Assembly (NCBI GenBank): GCA_963816395.1 | Contig: CAWFKQ010000016.1 | Span: forward strand, 576,001 to 640,000 | Source of the DNA: an uncultured delta proteobacterium | GTDB lineage: Bacteria; Desulfobacterota; Desulfuromonadia; Desulfuromonadales; JACZKF01 | Direction of reading: 5' to 3' | DNA length: 64,000 bases | Shown: in pieces, positions 53,699-63,037 of the stretch | How positions within the stretch are numbered: position 1 is the first letter of the stretch | Layout of the letters: every line of letters begins with the position of its first letter | Translations under genes and position numbers: made by a program | Notes under the pieces: model-generated | The model's database searches: none | Told to the model about the DNA's origin: nothing | The model's input: only the letters and a program-made list of their open reading frames with translations

Positions 53699-54423
53699 TG
53701 GCACGGCAGGAAAACGTTCCAATCATCGAAGCCCGTGACCTGAATACCTACTACGGGGCCAGTCATATTCTGCACGGCATCAGCCTCACCATCCGGCGCG
53801 GAGAAACCATCAGCCTGATGGGGCGCAACGGCATGGGCAAGACCACCCTCCTGCGCTCCCTGCTCGGCCTCACGCCGCCGCGGCGGGGAACGGTGAAGAT
53901 CTACGGGCGCGACATGTCCGGGGCTCCGCCGCAGAAGATCGTCCGCGAGGGTATTGCCTTCGTGCCGGAGGACCGGGGAATCTTTCCCAACCTGACCGTC
54001 CGGGAGAATCTGCTCATGGCGGCCCGGCCGGGGCCCGAGGGTCGCCGGGACTGGGATTTCGACCGGGTGCTGGAGACCTTTCCCCGCCTGGCCCAGCGCC
54101 TGACGCACATGGGTGACCATCTTTCCGGCGGCGAACAGCAGATGCTTACCGTCGGCCGGGCGTTGATGACCAACCCCGATCTCATTCTTCTCGATGAGGC
54201 CACCGAGGGGCTGGCGCCGCTCATTCGCAAAGAGATCTGGTCGGTCATTCGCCAGATCAAAGAGAGCGGGATTGCCGCGGTAATCGTCGACAAAGACATC
54301 AAGGCCTTGCTGAAGGTCGCCGACCGGAATATCATCATCAGCAAGGGCCGGATCGTCTATGAAGGAACTTCCCAGGAACTGGCAGGGGATCCCGAAGTCC
54401 ACAAGCAGCATCTGGGGGTATAG
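53698..54423 (+). CDS. ABC ATP-binding protein (LivF-like)
   Basis: GRNGMGKT, LSGGEQQML, LLDEATEGLAP. Confidence 0.94.
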   Translation: MARQENVPIIEARDLNTYYGASHILHGISLTIRRGETISLMGRNGMGKTTLLRSLLGLTPPRRGTVKIYGRDMSGAPPQKIVREGIAFVPEDRGIFPNLTVRENLLMAARPGPEGRRDWDFDRVLETFPRLAQRLTHMGDHLSGGEQQMLTVGRALMTNPDLILLDEATEGLAPLIRKEIWSVIRQIKESGIAAVIVDKDIKALLKVADRNIIISKGRIVYEGTSQELAGDPEVHKQHLGV

Positions 54424-54469
54424 CAGGTTACTTGAAGAGTTGGATTTTCAGCCTCGAGAGGAGATGGCG

Positions 54470-55264
54470 ATGCCCCTGAAAGCGATACTGGTTCATCTCG
54501 ACGATACCTCCCGTTGCCAGACCAGGCTGGAGATCGCCGTCTCCCTGGCCCGGAAATTTCAGGCCCATCTGACCGGATTCTATGCGACTTCCGGTCCCTT
54601 TTTCGCACCCGACAGGGTAAACGCAGAGACGCCGCCGGCCGCAACGGAAGCTCTCTTCAGGGAGAAAACCGCAGGTCTGGCCGCCGATTGGCTGTTCGCG
54701 GGAGCGGACAACACGGCCGGGGGCGCCACGGAAAGAACGATTCGGCGGGCGTTCTATGCCGACCTGGTGATTGCCGGCCAGGCGGATCCGGGCTCAGGCC
54801 GGCGCGGCGTCCCCCTCGACTTTCCCGAACGCCTCGCCTTGGGCGCAGGAAGACCCGTCCTGATCATTCCCAATGCTGGGGAATTCGGCACGATTGGCGA
54901 GCACGTTATGGTGGCCTGGCGGGGCGGCCGGGCCTCCTCCCGCGCTCTCAACGACGCCATTCCCTTCCTGCAGGGAGCGCGGCAGGTGAAAATATCGATG
55001 GTCAATCCCCGGGAGAATTACGAAAAGGAGGCGGAGGATCTCGTCGCCTACCTGGCGCACCATGGCATCCGGGCCTCCTCCGACAGGATTTCGGCAGACG
55101 ACATAAGCGCCGGGGACGTCCTGCTGAACCAGGCCTGCGACCTCGGTATCGATCTCATCGTCCTCGGTCTCCAGGCGCGACGCCGGCTCGGTTCTATCGG
55201 GACTGGCCCCGTCGCCCACCATTTTTTCGAGTACATGACGATTCCGGTGCTGATGTCGCGCTGA
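54470..55264 (+). CDS. universal stress protein (tandem Usp domains)
   Basis: KAILVHLD, ADLVIAGQ, GRPVLIIP, VAWRGGRASSRALNDA, PVLMS; start may be 54464. Confidence 0.85.
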   Translation: MPLKAILVHLDDTSRCQTRLEIAVSLARKFQAHLTGFYATSGPFFAPDRVNAETPPAATEALFREKTAGLAADWLFAGADNTAGGATERTIRRAFYADLVIAGQADPGSGRRGVPLDFPERLALGAGRPVLIIPNAGEFGTIGEHVMVAWRGGRASSRALNDAIPFLQGARQVKISMVNPRENYEKEAEDLVAYLAHHGIRASSDRISADDISAGDVLLNQACDLGIDLIVLGLQARRRLGSIGTGPVAHHFFEYMTIPVLMSR

Positions 55265-55416
55265 GATCCTTCCTCATCCTTCCTTCTCCAAGTAGAAACA
55301 GCCAGAATATCGCCGTCCGGGCATTGCCGGCTCCAGGCGAGGTGAGAAAAAAATCGCCCGGTGGCAATTGCTGGGCAATTAACCACCGGGCAGGAGGAGG
55401 CGGGTTATTTCGCCTG

Positions 55417-57121
55417 CTAAAAACTCCAGAACTCGTCGATTTCTTCCTCCGCGAAGTCCCACCCGGCATTATGGGGGGCCAGCGGCTCTTTGAAAAACTC
55501 CGGCAGGCGATCGTCCTTGCTGGTAAAACCAGCCGCCTTGTTGAACTGCTTCTCGAGAATCAGCGATTGCACTCCGAGACCCATCAGGCGGTTCAGGTCC
55601 CAATCGCCGCCGAACTTGGCCGCTGCCATATCGACCAGATGCCCGAGGACTGCGGGATCCTCGCAGCAGATTCCGGAGAAGATACACAATCCCAGGGCAT
55701 CGAACAGGGTCATGGCAATCTGCAGATTTCTCGAAAGCTCCACCTGACCGTCCTTGCTGGTTCCGTCAACGGGAGTGCCGATGGAGTTTCCGGCCGTATG
55801 GTCGGCACCCATGGGGCTCGTCGCATAGGTAATCCCGGTCCCCTTCAGACCGCGGGGATCATAGGCCGCCAGAGACTGCCCCTTCACCGTCGGGATCCTT
55901 TTGACTCCGAGGTGACGGCCGGTGGCTTCGGTTCCGTTGCCGAGCACCCGCCCCAGTTCGCGTCCCTCGACCATCTCCTGGGCCAGGCGCCAGGCACCCT
56001 CGGCATCGCCGAACTCGATCAAGCCTGCTTCCATGCACACACCGATCGCACAACCGGTGTCCATGGTATCGACGCCGAGGTCATCGCAAAGTCTATCCAG
56101 TCTGGCAATGACATCGATGTCCCGGATTCCGCAGTTGGACCCGAACAGGCCTATCGTCTCGTACTCGAACCCCGAAGTGAGATAATTGCCGTCCTTGTCG
56201 TTGTACACCTGGGAACAGCGGATCACGCAGCCGCTATGACAGATATGGGACATCTTGCCGCCCCGTTCGGCCTGCAGCTCGGCAATCCGCTCGCCGCTGA
56301 TGTCCTCGGCATGCTCAAAGCTTCCCCGACTGAAATTGTGGGTCGGCAAAATGCCCAGCCCGTTCGTCACGTTGATCAAGAGGGCGGTCCCCAGAGCCGG
56401 CAGCCCCTGCCCGGAAAAGGGGTGTGCCATGATCGCCTTGGTAAACGCCTGGTTGGCTGAAACAAATTTCTCTTTATCCGCATACTTCCAGTCGGTTTTT
56501 GTCCACGTCCTGGAAGACGATGGCCTTCACCCCCTTGGAGCCCATCAGGGCCCCGAGGCCGCCGCGGGCGGCGGCTCGGGCAGGGTGTCCTTCGCGGTCG
56601 GTAAATTGGATGGAGGAGTTACGGTATCCCCGTTCTCCGGCCAGGCCGATCGAGGCGATGGAAATATCGCCTCCCAGGTCCTTCCTCAGCTCTTCGCTCA
56701 GTTGATAGTTGTTCATGCCGAGATAAGGCTGGGCCGACAGAAACTCGACCCCCGAGGCGTCTACCACCAGCACGAACCACTCCCCCTCTTTCGGCTTTCT
56801 TTCCAGAACCAGTCCCTGCAGGCCGAGTGCGGCCATTCTTTTCGCCATGGTCCCGCCGGCGTTGGATTCCTTGATGGTCCGGGTCAGCGGGCTTTTTCCC
56901 CCCACGGAGATCCGGCCGGAGCAGGGAGCAATGGTGTCGGCAAATAGACCGGGACAGACAATGAGCTTGTTCTCGGGACCCAGGGGATCGGCCGCGGCAT
57001 CCACCTCCTGGTGGAGAATTGTGGCGATCAGGCTGCGACCTCCGAGAAGCGGAAAGTTCTCATCCGCCGCCTCGCTCGAGGTTGTCCGGCTCTCCATGTC
57101 AATACGCAACAGCTTTTTCAT
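55417..57121 (-). CDS. aldehyde:ferredoxin oxidoreductase (W/Mo-bisPGD-free AOR family); frameshift near 56475
   Basis: LGGRSL, SVGGKSPLT, KESNAGG, ARGGLGALMGSKGVKAI; CHSGCVIRC, EYET, DDLGVDT, YDPRG, GADHTAG, DALGLC. Confidence 0.88.
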
Positions 57122-57152
57122 GTCTTTGCCTTTCATCTCTTAAAGATCAAGA

Positions 57153-57854
57153 TCAACTACTCATTGATTTTCGACGGGAGTTCCGTTCTTCCGGCTTCGA
57201 TCCGGTCTCTCTTTTGCTGGCCATATCGAGAGTGACCCGGGCGCAGGCGAAGGAGTTTCCCCACAGATTGGCCCCGGGCGGCAGTCCCTCGAGGTCGCGC
57301 GGCCGGCCGATGGCTGCATAGGGGTAATCCCGCACCGGGTTCACCTCGACTTCCCCCGGCTGCAGCCGATCGTCGGCGATCACGCCGATGACGCCGGGGA
57401 GAGATGCCGGGAGCAGGTTCGGCGTTTCCGGGTGGCCGGCCGCGACCAGCAGACACCCGGCCTGCTGGACCGTCCTGCAGGCCTCTGCGAGGACCTGCGA
57501 ACCGGGGCCGGGGGGCATCCCCAGGCTGAGATTGATGATGGCGCATTCTTCGGCCGCCGCCCGCAGCAGCGCCCGGGCAATCAGGGAAGGATACGATTTC
57601 AGCTCCCGGTCGAAGACCCGGATGACGAAGAGCTCCGCATCGGGCAGACCCTGACGCAGGATTCCGGCCACCGCCGTTCCGTGGCCGACCAGGTCCCGGT
57701 AATCGTCATCCTCCCTGACCCGCCCGGCCGCGTCGGAAAAGATGCGGAGGCCGCGGATTTTCCCCCGGACATGCGAATGCCAAGGATTCACCCCGGTATC
57801 GATGATACCGATGCGCAAGGGCTGCGAAGACTCCGAAACAGGTGCAGCACTCAT
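57153..57854 (-). CDS. qhpE: subtilisin-like S8 peptidase, QhpE-like leader peptidase
   Basis: Triad IIDTGV / GHGTAVA / GNSFA in 233 aa with no signal peptide; in qhp operon, overlapping the qhpF stop. Confidence 0.8.
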   Translation of the reverse strand: MSAAPVSESSQPLRIGIIDTGVNPWHSHVRGKIRGLRIFSDAAGRVREDDDYRDLVGHGTAVAGILRQGLPDAELFVIRVFDRELKSYPSLIARALLRAAAEECAIINLSLGMPPGPGSQVLAEACRTVQQAGCLLVAAGHPETPNLLPASLPGVIGVIADDRLQPGEVEVNPVRDYPYAAIGRPRDLEGLPPGANLWGNSFACARVTLDMASKRETGSKPEERNSRRKSMSS

Positions 57855-59578
57855 GCGCGCACCCTTTCCGGTCCCCGGCCGAACCGGTCAGCCGCCGGGA
57901 TAACAGAGGTCCGCGGTTCGACTTCGACCTCGCCGGCCGCCACTCCCAGGGCGGCCCGAAGCTGCTGTTCCGTCAGCTGCTGCAGGTGGCCGTCGCGCAG
58001 CAGGCAGAGGCGGTCATAGGCCTCCAGCCCCCCCAGGCGATGGGTAATCACCAGGATGATGCGGTCGGGAAAGGCTTCCCACAGGTTTTTCCGCACTTTT
58101 GCCTCGGTTTCCAGGTCGAGCGCCGAGAAGGCCTCGTCCAGAACCAGGATGTCGGGCCGGTTCAAGACCAGCCGCGCAATGCCCAGGCGCTGCCGCTGGC
58201 CGTCGGAGAGGGCCTGGCCGCGCCCGCCGATAATGGTCTGATAGCCCTGCGGCAGGGCTTCGATAAATTCGTGAGCCGCCGCCGCCCGGGCGGCCTCGAC
58301 CAGTTCATCGAAATCAGCCCGCGGGTTGCCATAGCGGAGGTTTTCCTCGACCGTGGCGTGCAGGAGAAACGGCTCGCTGCCGGCATAACCAATAGTGCTC
58401 CCGCCGCGGTGCACCTGGCCGTGCTGGGGCTGCCGCAGGCCGAAGAGAATCTGCACCAAAGTGGATTTCCCCGCCCCGGAGGTGCCGCAGAGGGCGATCC
58501 TCTGGCCGGGCGCGATGTGCAGATTCACCCCGCGGAGCACCGGGGGGTGCCCCGGATAGGCGAAGAATATCTCCTCCAGCCGCAGCCCCTCTTCGCCGTC
58601 ATCCCTGTCGACCTCGGCGCCGGGCTCTTCTCTGGCCAGCACTTCGGTGACCCGCTCCAGGCTTACCCGCACCTCCTGGAGATTGCGTACCATTCCCAGC
58701 ATGCCGCGCGCGGGGCTGTACAGCCGGCCCTGGTAGAGGATGAAGGCGACGAAAGTCCCCAGGGTGATTTCCCCTCTTTCCAGCATCCCCCCGCCCAGCA
58801 GGTAGATCCAGGCGAGGGTGGCGGTCAGCGCGATGCCCGGCAGGCCGCTGGCGGCCGCATCCAGGCCCTGGAAGCGGAGCATCCGGCGCACCAGTTCGGT
58901 GTTGTGCAGCCGGAAACGTTGCTGCTCTTCTCCCTGGGCGGCGTGCAGGCGCACGGCGCGCAGGGCACCCAGGCGTTCGGAGAGAAAATGCGAGAGCCCG
59001 GCCATCGCCTCGCGCAGCCCCCTGGTACCCGCTTCGATGGGCTTCCGGAAGGCGACCGAGACGACCAGGGCGAGGGCGATGCCGAGAAAACTCCAGAGGG
59101 CCAGCGGCCGGGAGAGGGTGCACAGAATGGACGCGGCCACCAGCAGAAAGATGACATTCTGCAGCAGGCCGAGCACGCCGTCGACCAGCAGCGCCTGGAT
59201 TTTGGAAACATCGGTCCCGAAGCGGCTCAAAAGATCGCCGTGCCGGAAACGTTCCAGCTGCTCCAGCGGCGCATTGAGGCAGTGGGCGAAAAGCCGCTCG
59301 CGGATTTCCACCAGCACCTCCGCCGAGAGCCTGGCATGCACTATCCGGTTCACCGTTCCCAGCAGCAGATCGGCCAGGGCCAGGCCGAGCAGGGCGGCGG
59401 CGATGCGCGGAACGACCGAATAGTCCGCCCGCTGGGTCACCGCGTCGATAAAGGATTTGCCGATCAGGGGCGTCGCCAGGGAGGCGGCCGACCCGGCCAG
59501 TCCCAGGAAAAAGACGGCGGCGAGCAGCCCCGTCTTCCCCCGCAGGTGCCTGGCGAACAGCCACACCGACCTCAGCAT
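57851..59578 (-). CDS. qhpF: ABC exporter (TMD+NBD), QhpF-like
   Basis: N-terminal TM domain, GDLLSR, GTSGAGKST, LSDGQRQR, LDEAFSALD; ATG at 59578 overlaps the U32 gene end. Confidence 0.82.
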   Translation of the reverse strand: MLRSVWLFARHLRGKTGLLAAVFFLGLAGSAASLATPLIGKSFIDAVTQRADYSVVPRIAAALLGLALADLLLGTVNRIVHARLSAEVLVEIRERLFAHCLNAPLEQLERFRHGDLLSRFGTDVSKIQALLVDGVLGLLQNVIFLLVAASILCTLSRPLALWSFLGIALALVVSVAFRKPIEAGTRGLREAMAGLSHFLSERLGALRAVRLHAAQGEEQQRFRLHNTELVRRMLRFQGLDAAASGLPGIALTATLAWIYLLGGGMLERGEITLGTFVAFILYQGRLYSPARGMLGMVRNLQEVRVSLERVTEVLAREEPGAEVDRDDGEEGLRLEEIFFAYPGHPPVLRGVNLHIAPGQRIALCGTSGAGKSTLVQILFGLRQPQHGQVHRGGSTIGYAGSEPFLLHATVEENLRYGNPRADFDELVEAARAAAAHEFIEALPQGYQTIIGGRGQALSDGQRQRLGIARLVLNRPDILVLDEAFSALDLETEAKVRKNLWEAFPDRIILVITHRLGGLEAYDRLCLLRDGHLQQLTEQQLRAALGVAAGEVEVEPRTSVIPAADRFGRGPERVRA

Positions 59579-60540
59579 GCCGCCCCCTTTCGTTCCTCGG
59601 AATCCCAGATATCGGGGTAGTAGCAGAGCGTTGCCCCCTGGCACAGCGAGGCCGCCCCCCGGATCTCGATCACCGCCTGGCGGATCTCCGCGGGCCCGCC
59701 GCCTTGCCGGGCCACTTCCCGGGCTGCCGCCGCCAGACGCAGGGAGGCTTCTTTTCTGGGCAGAGAGGCCTCCCGCCCCACCACTTTGAAGCTGCCGACG
59801 CCGGCCGCCTGCAGGCGCGGCAGGGCGCACAGGCCGCAGGGGCCGACCGGATAGCCGCGGTTGGTCCGGCAACCGCAGTGGTTCAGGGTCCAGCGCCAGA
59901 ACTCGAAGCCGTCCAGCATCTGGCGGGAGAGGCCATCGGCTTCTCCGCCGTCCTGCAGGCAGAAAGTTCCGGCGGCATGCGTGGTGGCGCAAAGGCCTTC
60001 TTCAAAGACGCAGCCGTCATTCAGCAGAAAGGCCTCGAACTCCAGGCCGGGAATCCGGCAGGCGGCGATCTCCTCGGCGGTCACATGCCGCGGCAGAACG
60101 ATTCTGGCCACCCCCAGATCCCGGAAGAATGCCGCGGCCCCGGCATTGGTGCAGGTGGCCAGGCTGGAGAGATGAATTCGGGGAGCCAGTCCGATCTCCG
60201 CCAGGGCCAGCAGCAGATCGAGATCGGCGACGATCAGGCCGCTGGCGCCGGCATCGAGGAGCTGGGCACTGAACTCGAGGAGCATCTCCAGGGCGCCGGC
60301 AGGGTAGAAGGGGGCGTTGAGAGTCACGTAAACGGGGCGTCCCGCGGCGTGCGAGACAATCCGCCGAAATTCGGCCAGGTCGGCGACTCCCGCCGAGCCG
60401 GGCGAGCGCCGGTTGATCCAGGCCTGATTGAAACGCTCCTGCCAGGCGGAAGGGGTGATGCCGCAGTAGAACTCATCGGCTCCCGCCCGCAGCAGAGGCT
60501 CGACCTCGGAAGAACTTCGCAAGGGCGCGAGCAGTTTCAC
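59572..60540 (-). CDS. U32-family Fe-S protein (UbiU/TrhP/RlhA-like putative O2-independent hydroxylase)
   Basis: KLLAP...AGADEFYCG...YVTLN...LIVAD...HLSS...RIVLPR...EAFLLNDGCVFEEGLC(x9)C...CGLC...SFKVVGR; GTG at 60540 overlaps upstream TGA. Confidence 0.85.
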   Translation of the reverse strand: MKLLAPLRSSSEVEPLLRAGADEFYCGITPSAWQERFNQAWINRRSPGSAGVADLAEFRRIVSHAAGRPVYVTLNAPFYPAGALEMLLEFSAQLLDAGASGLIVADLDLLLALAEIGLAPRIHLSSLATCTNAGAAAFFRDLGVARIVLPRHVTAEEIAACRIPGLEFEAFLLNDGCVFEEGLCATTHAAGTFCLQDGGEADGLSRQMLDGFEFWRWTLNHCGCRTNRGYPVGPCGLCALPRLQAAGVGSFKVVGREASLPRKEASLRLAAAAREVARQGGGPAEIRQAVIEIRGAASLCQGATLCYYPDIWDSEERKGAAC

Positions 60541-61362
60541 GGCACCGGCCTTTCGTGCACGACAATCCGATCGACCCGTTCCAGATGCTGGATGATCCGG
60601 GCATGGGGGACCTCGTAGAAAAGGGTATTGCCCGCCCGCCAGAGGTTTTCGCGGAGATCGGCCCGGGTGACCGGGTGCCAGCGGTCCCGGCAGGGAGCCG
60701 GACAGCCGCTGCCCAGCCAGGACGCATAATTGTTTCCCGTCTTCTGCACCTCGGCCTTGAACAGGCAATTCCGGCCCGATGCGACAAAAGCGAAAGGAAG
60801 GTGCAGGACCCGCTGCAGGCCGCTCTCCCGCTCGCCCAGGTAACTCCCCTCCAGGTCGGGATCGGTTTCCACCGCCGCCACCCCATAGTGCCGGAGCAGG
60901 GCGCGTATCTTCTCCCCCCTGGCCGCCGGCTGCGCCTGCGGCTGTAATTCCTCCTCGGCCAGGCGAGGATCGCGAAGCGCCCGGTTGATCAGGCGGCCCG
61001 CCCGGCACTCGAGTTCCGGGTAAGCGCTGCACAGCAGACGGAAGACCCCCCAGTCATTGAAAACAACGGCCAGGGAGCGGTTCCCTCCGGCCACGGCGGC
61101 AAGCAGCTTCTCCAGCCGGGCCAGTCCCCTGGGACGGACCAGCGGCGTCAGCAGCACCGCCTGCAGACCGGCCTGCTGCGCCAGGTCGCAGTAACGCTCT
61201 GTTTCCTCCCGTTCCGGCAGCAGATCCTCGCAGAATTCCGAGCCGAAGTACAGCGAGCGCAGGGGGCCGGCGGGCAGCAGCTTTCGCAGATCCTCTGCGC
61301 ACAGCTCCCGCGGATCGTGAAAGTGAAAATTGTGGAGAGGCAAGTCGAATACCGTATTCCAT
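60537..61362 (-). CDS. U32-family partner protein, UbiV-like; start uncertain (61343 or frameshifted 61362)
   Basis: LYFGSEFC, VLLTP, VVFNDWG, LPFAFVASGRNC, CPAPC, GNTLF: four Cys spaced like UbiV cluster ligands. Confidence 0.65.
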
Positions 61363-61379
61363 TCTCAGCCTTTGAAACT

Positions 61380-61404
61380 GGCGCGGGGTCGAGGACCCCG
61401 CGCC
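61380..61404. other. GC-rich hairpin after qhpB (mRNA stabiliser/attenuator)
   Basis: ggcgcggggtc-gag-gaccccgcgcc, perfect 11-bp stem. Confidence 0.55.
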
Positions 61405-61414
61405 GGCGGTTCGC

Positions 61415-62428
61415 TTAATAACTTATTCTGCGCAGGATCATGCCGTCCGTCTTCATCTTCATGACTCTGAGCGGCTGCATCGTTGCGGTATCGTAAACGG
61501 TGACGGTCGAGCCGCCAGCGCCGACAAAGAGCCGCTTGCCGTCGCTGGTGGGCACGTTGCCGTAGCAGGTTCCTTCCGCGATCGGCACCACCTTGGTGAC
61601 TTCCTGCGTCTTCAGATCGATCACCCCGACTTCATCCATGACCGAGTAGGCCTTGGTCTTGTCCGGGGAATAGACCGCGCCATAGGCAAAGAGCGGCTCG
61701 CCTTTGATCGGCGTATCGATGATTTCACCGGTACTGATATTGATGTTGAACAAGCCCCAGCCGGTGGGGGTGTAGTACGGCCCCGCCCAGACGCCGCCGT
61801 TCTCCTGGGTGTAGGTCCAGAAAGCCAGCATATTGAACCCCTTGTCGAACAGGGGAATGGTCTTGCCCAGGGTCATCTTCTTTTTCGAGACATCGATGGG
61901 GTAGATGTCCTGGCCGATGGCATACAGCAGGGTGTCCCCCTTGGTCAGGGCGAGGTTGGCCACCCCCCAGGGAACCTCGATCCGGCGCAGGACCTTCCCG
62001 GTCTGGAGGTCGATCTGGGCGACCTCCGGGCTGCCGACGACCGGCTCGTCACCCTTGATCTTGCGGTCGAGAAGATGGACATAGGCGGTTTTGCCGTCCT
62101 TGGCGAGGGCCATTCCAAAGATGAACCGGTCCTGCCAGCCTTCCGGGTCGACCTTGATGAGGTGCACCATGCGCTTTTTGGCGATGTCGATCTTTTCGAC
62201 GTACCGGCGTGAGCCGGTGACATAGAGAAACTTCTTGTCGGCGGAGAAATCGGAATCGCGCACCGAGCCCTTGACCGGGATGTCGGTGATCTGATAGGTG
62301 TCCGCGTCGATGGCCTGCACCATGTCGTAACCCAAATGGAAGATCAGGTCCTTCGCTTCCGCCTGTACCGCGAAAGCCACGGCGCAGAGCATCAAGGCCA
62401 TGAGAAGAAGGGGGTTTTTAATGTTCAT
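61415..62428 (-). CDS. qhpB: quinohemoprotein amine dehydrogenase beta subunit (secreted beta-propeller)
   Basis: Signal peptide, repeated propeller blades (SADKKFLYV, AKDGKTAYV, SPDKTKAY, SDGKRLFVG); directly after qhpC. Confidence 0.8.
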   Translation of the reverse strand: MNIKNPLLLMALMLCAVAFAVQAEAKDLIFHLGYDMVQAIDADTYQITDIPVKGSVRDSDFSADKKFLYVTGSRRYVEKIDIAKKRMVHLIKVDPEGWQDRFIFGMALAKDGKTAYVHLLDRKIKGDEPVVGSPEVAQIDLQTGKVLRRIEVPWGVANLALTKGDTLLYAIGQDIYPIDVSKKKMTLGKTIPLFDKGFNMLAFWTYTQENGGVWAGPYYTPTGWGLFNINISTGEIIDTPIKGEPLFAYGAVYSPDKTKAYSVMDEVGVIDLKTQEVTKVVPIAEGTCYGNVPTSDGKRLFVGAGGSTVTVYDTATMQPLRVMKMKTDGMILRRISY

Positions 62429-62505
62429 TGAAAGCTCCTGTATTAAGTGTGGGCGGATTGTCCACCGTCCGGGAATTCGGCCTTCGGGCGGGCTGTCCTC
62501 CTGCC

Positions 62506-62838
62506 CTATTTGATGTCCAGATCACGCCAGTCCCTGGCGACATTGGGGCATTTGGTATCGATATCCGGATCATTGGTGAGACCATCCGGGTTCTGCGCCG
62601 GCCACCAGCAGTCCCCGGCGCAGCCACGGAAATCCCGGGCCGACGGCTGGCAGTTGCCAACCGGGTAGGTCGGCCGCGGGTTGGTCTCCCAGCCGGTATC
62701 GAAGATGGTGGTGCAGCCGACGGGCATGTTCAGGGGGCCGTCCTCGAGTGCTTTCACCGTTTGTCCCTCGTCCCGGCCCAGCGCTTCGATGGCCCGGGCT
62801 TTTTCGTTCAAAGCCTCGATCCGTTTCTTCTTATCCAT
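62506..62838 (-). CDS. qhpC: quinohemoprotein amine dehydrogenase gamma subunit (CTQ precursor with leader)
   Basis: Leader ALNEKARAIE; core VGCTTIFDTGWE...CQPSARD...GCAGDCWWPAQNPD...DWR conserves Cys-Glu, Cys-Asp and Cys-Asp thioether pairs and the CTQ Cys/Trp. Confidence 0.93.
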   Translation of the reverse strand: MDKKKRIEALNEKARAIEALGRDEGQTVKALEDGPLNMPVGCTTIFDTGWETNPRPTYPVGNCQPSARDFRGCAGDCWWPAQNPDGLTNDPDIDTKCPNVARDWRDLDIK

Positions 62839-62897
62839 GAGTTCTCCCTTTCCTTTGAAAGATGGCAATCGGTAATCGTTTGAGTTCAAGGCATCTC

Positions 62898-63000
62898 TTA
62901 ACGCAAAGCCGCAAAGGTTGGAACCAAGGCGCAAAGAAAATCAGAATTTAGCTTCGGTTTTTTTGCGCCTTTCAGCCCTTCTTTGCGCCCTTTGCGTTAA
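62898..63000. repeat. intergenic inverted-repeat element built of cgcaaag units
   Basis: ttaacgcaaagccgcaaag...cgcaaag ... tttgcgcc...ctttgcgccctttgcgttaa. Confidence 0.7.
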
Positions 63001-63037
63001 AAACTTTCTTTCCTTTGCCCTGAAGCGGTTACATCGT

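Noticed and set aside
59572..60540. U32 protein as a collagenase/protease, or as ubiquinone or tRNA/rRNA hydroxylase
   Set aside because: The S8 peptidase already covers leader removal; no ubiT or ubi genes are nearby; tight coupling inside the qhp operon argues for a dedicated role.
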